A stretch of DNA of 64,000 bases from a virus (Duplodnaviria; Caudoviricetes): IMG/VR virus record IMGVR_UViG_3300029928_000002, positions 64,001-128,000 of that record; one strand, written 5' to 3'. Every line of letters starts with the position of its first letter. The first letter of the stretch is position 1. The notes under the pieces are model-generated. The model did not search any database, was not told where the DNA came from, and was given only the letters and a program-made list of their open reading frames with translations. The position numbers were made by a program, and so were the translations under genes. Shown here piece after piece: positions 63,310 through 64,000 of the stretch.

Positions 63310-64000
63310 ATTCTGGCAATGTTGAATAAAATGCTGCTAATCTTAGTAAGTGGTTAAATTCATTAAAACCAGTTCTAAACAGAGTTGAAGTCATTGGATA
63401 AACCTTAGTATTAAAATCTCCAAATGTCTCCACTACCAAGAAATTACTTTTAATAGCAGGTTTCTTTAACCCATAAAACTTCTCAGCACATAGACTTAAT
63501 AGCCATGTATACATAGCCATTTCCCTATTATAGCTGAAATTAGATATAGCAGATTTAAAGAGATTTACATATTTACCTGTAGTTTTAATATCATTTACAG
63601 TAATCTCGTTAGCTAACTTGTCTATATTATAGTTATCTAATTTACTCTTTAATCTAAATCTAAATGGATCAAATCCGGGGCAAGTAACTTTTAAATCAAG
63701 TAATATAGCTTGCTCATTACCTACCATCTCTTTATCTATATCTTTAGGTCTGAGAAGTTCTTGTATTTTTGTATTACTGTTTAATGCATCTATACAAGAA
63801 TGTACTACTTCTCTAGATTTAGCATCTAGATAAATTGGAGTTCTAACAAGATCTCTTTTATTACTATGTTCAAAGATAGCCCTCTTTCTCCAATATTCAG
63901 AACACTGAGACCTTAATTTATCGGCCTTCTTACTATTAAAGCTATTAGCATAATATCCTATCTTACCAGAAGCCTTCAAGATTTCATCATAGCTAGGCAT
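63284..64000 (-). CDS. PD-(D/E)xK exonuclease, RecE/DUF3799-like (probably 5'-truncated by the window edge)
   Basis: EQAI..KSKLDNY..VNDIKTT..YNREMAMY..FLVVET; runs to the window end. Confidence 0.75.
   Translation of the reverse strand: MPSYDEILKASGKIGYYANSFNSKKADKLRSQCSEYWRKRAIFEHSNKRDLVRTPIYLDAKSREVVHSCIDALNSNTKIQELLRPKDIDKEMVGNEQAILLDLKVTCPGFDPFRFRLKSKLDNYNIDKLANEITVNDIKTTGKYVNLFKSAISNFSYNREMAMYTWLLSLCAEKFYGLKKPAIKSNFLVVETFGDFNTKVYPMTSTLFRTGFNEFNHLLRLAAFYSTLPEYEGFRESF

Overview
This window is part of a large, AT-rich crAss-like (Crassvirales-type) phage genome, probably with a Bacteroidota host. It has two convergent gene blocks that meet at a pair of hairpins (35353-35441). Block 1 (1-35345, + strand) looks shredded in the supplied ORF track only because TAG is used as a sense codon, most likely Gln (genetic code 15). 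Read that way, it resolves into 9 abutting genes. These include ejection/cargo-type proteins, a ~3235-aa protein with an SF1 helicase domain, and a ~3273-aa two-barrel virion RNA polymerase. A 394-nt group I intron splits that polymerase's catalytic GSDY|DID motif. A HExxH zincin-like protein and a ~1696-aa PD-(D/E)xK nuclease-domain protein follow. Block 2 (35456-64000, - strand) has about 43 replication and nucleotide-metabolism genes with no internal TAG: polA, ATP-dependent ligase, Dda-like helicase, nrdD/nrdG, thyX, dut, guaC, a sigma70-family factor, a PI-PLC-like protein and several metallophosphoesterases. The least explained signals are: (i) a head-to-tail terminal-cysteine pattern across the four proteins at 9227-35345; (ii) a ~400-nt highly structured intergenic element at 51140-51530; (iii) a dispersed KFQxGG-type peptide motif in the upstream cargo genes; (iv) a cluster of apparently catalytically dead enzymes. 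No suppressor tRNA was seen in this window. All family assignments come from motif recognition by eye, not from database searches.
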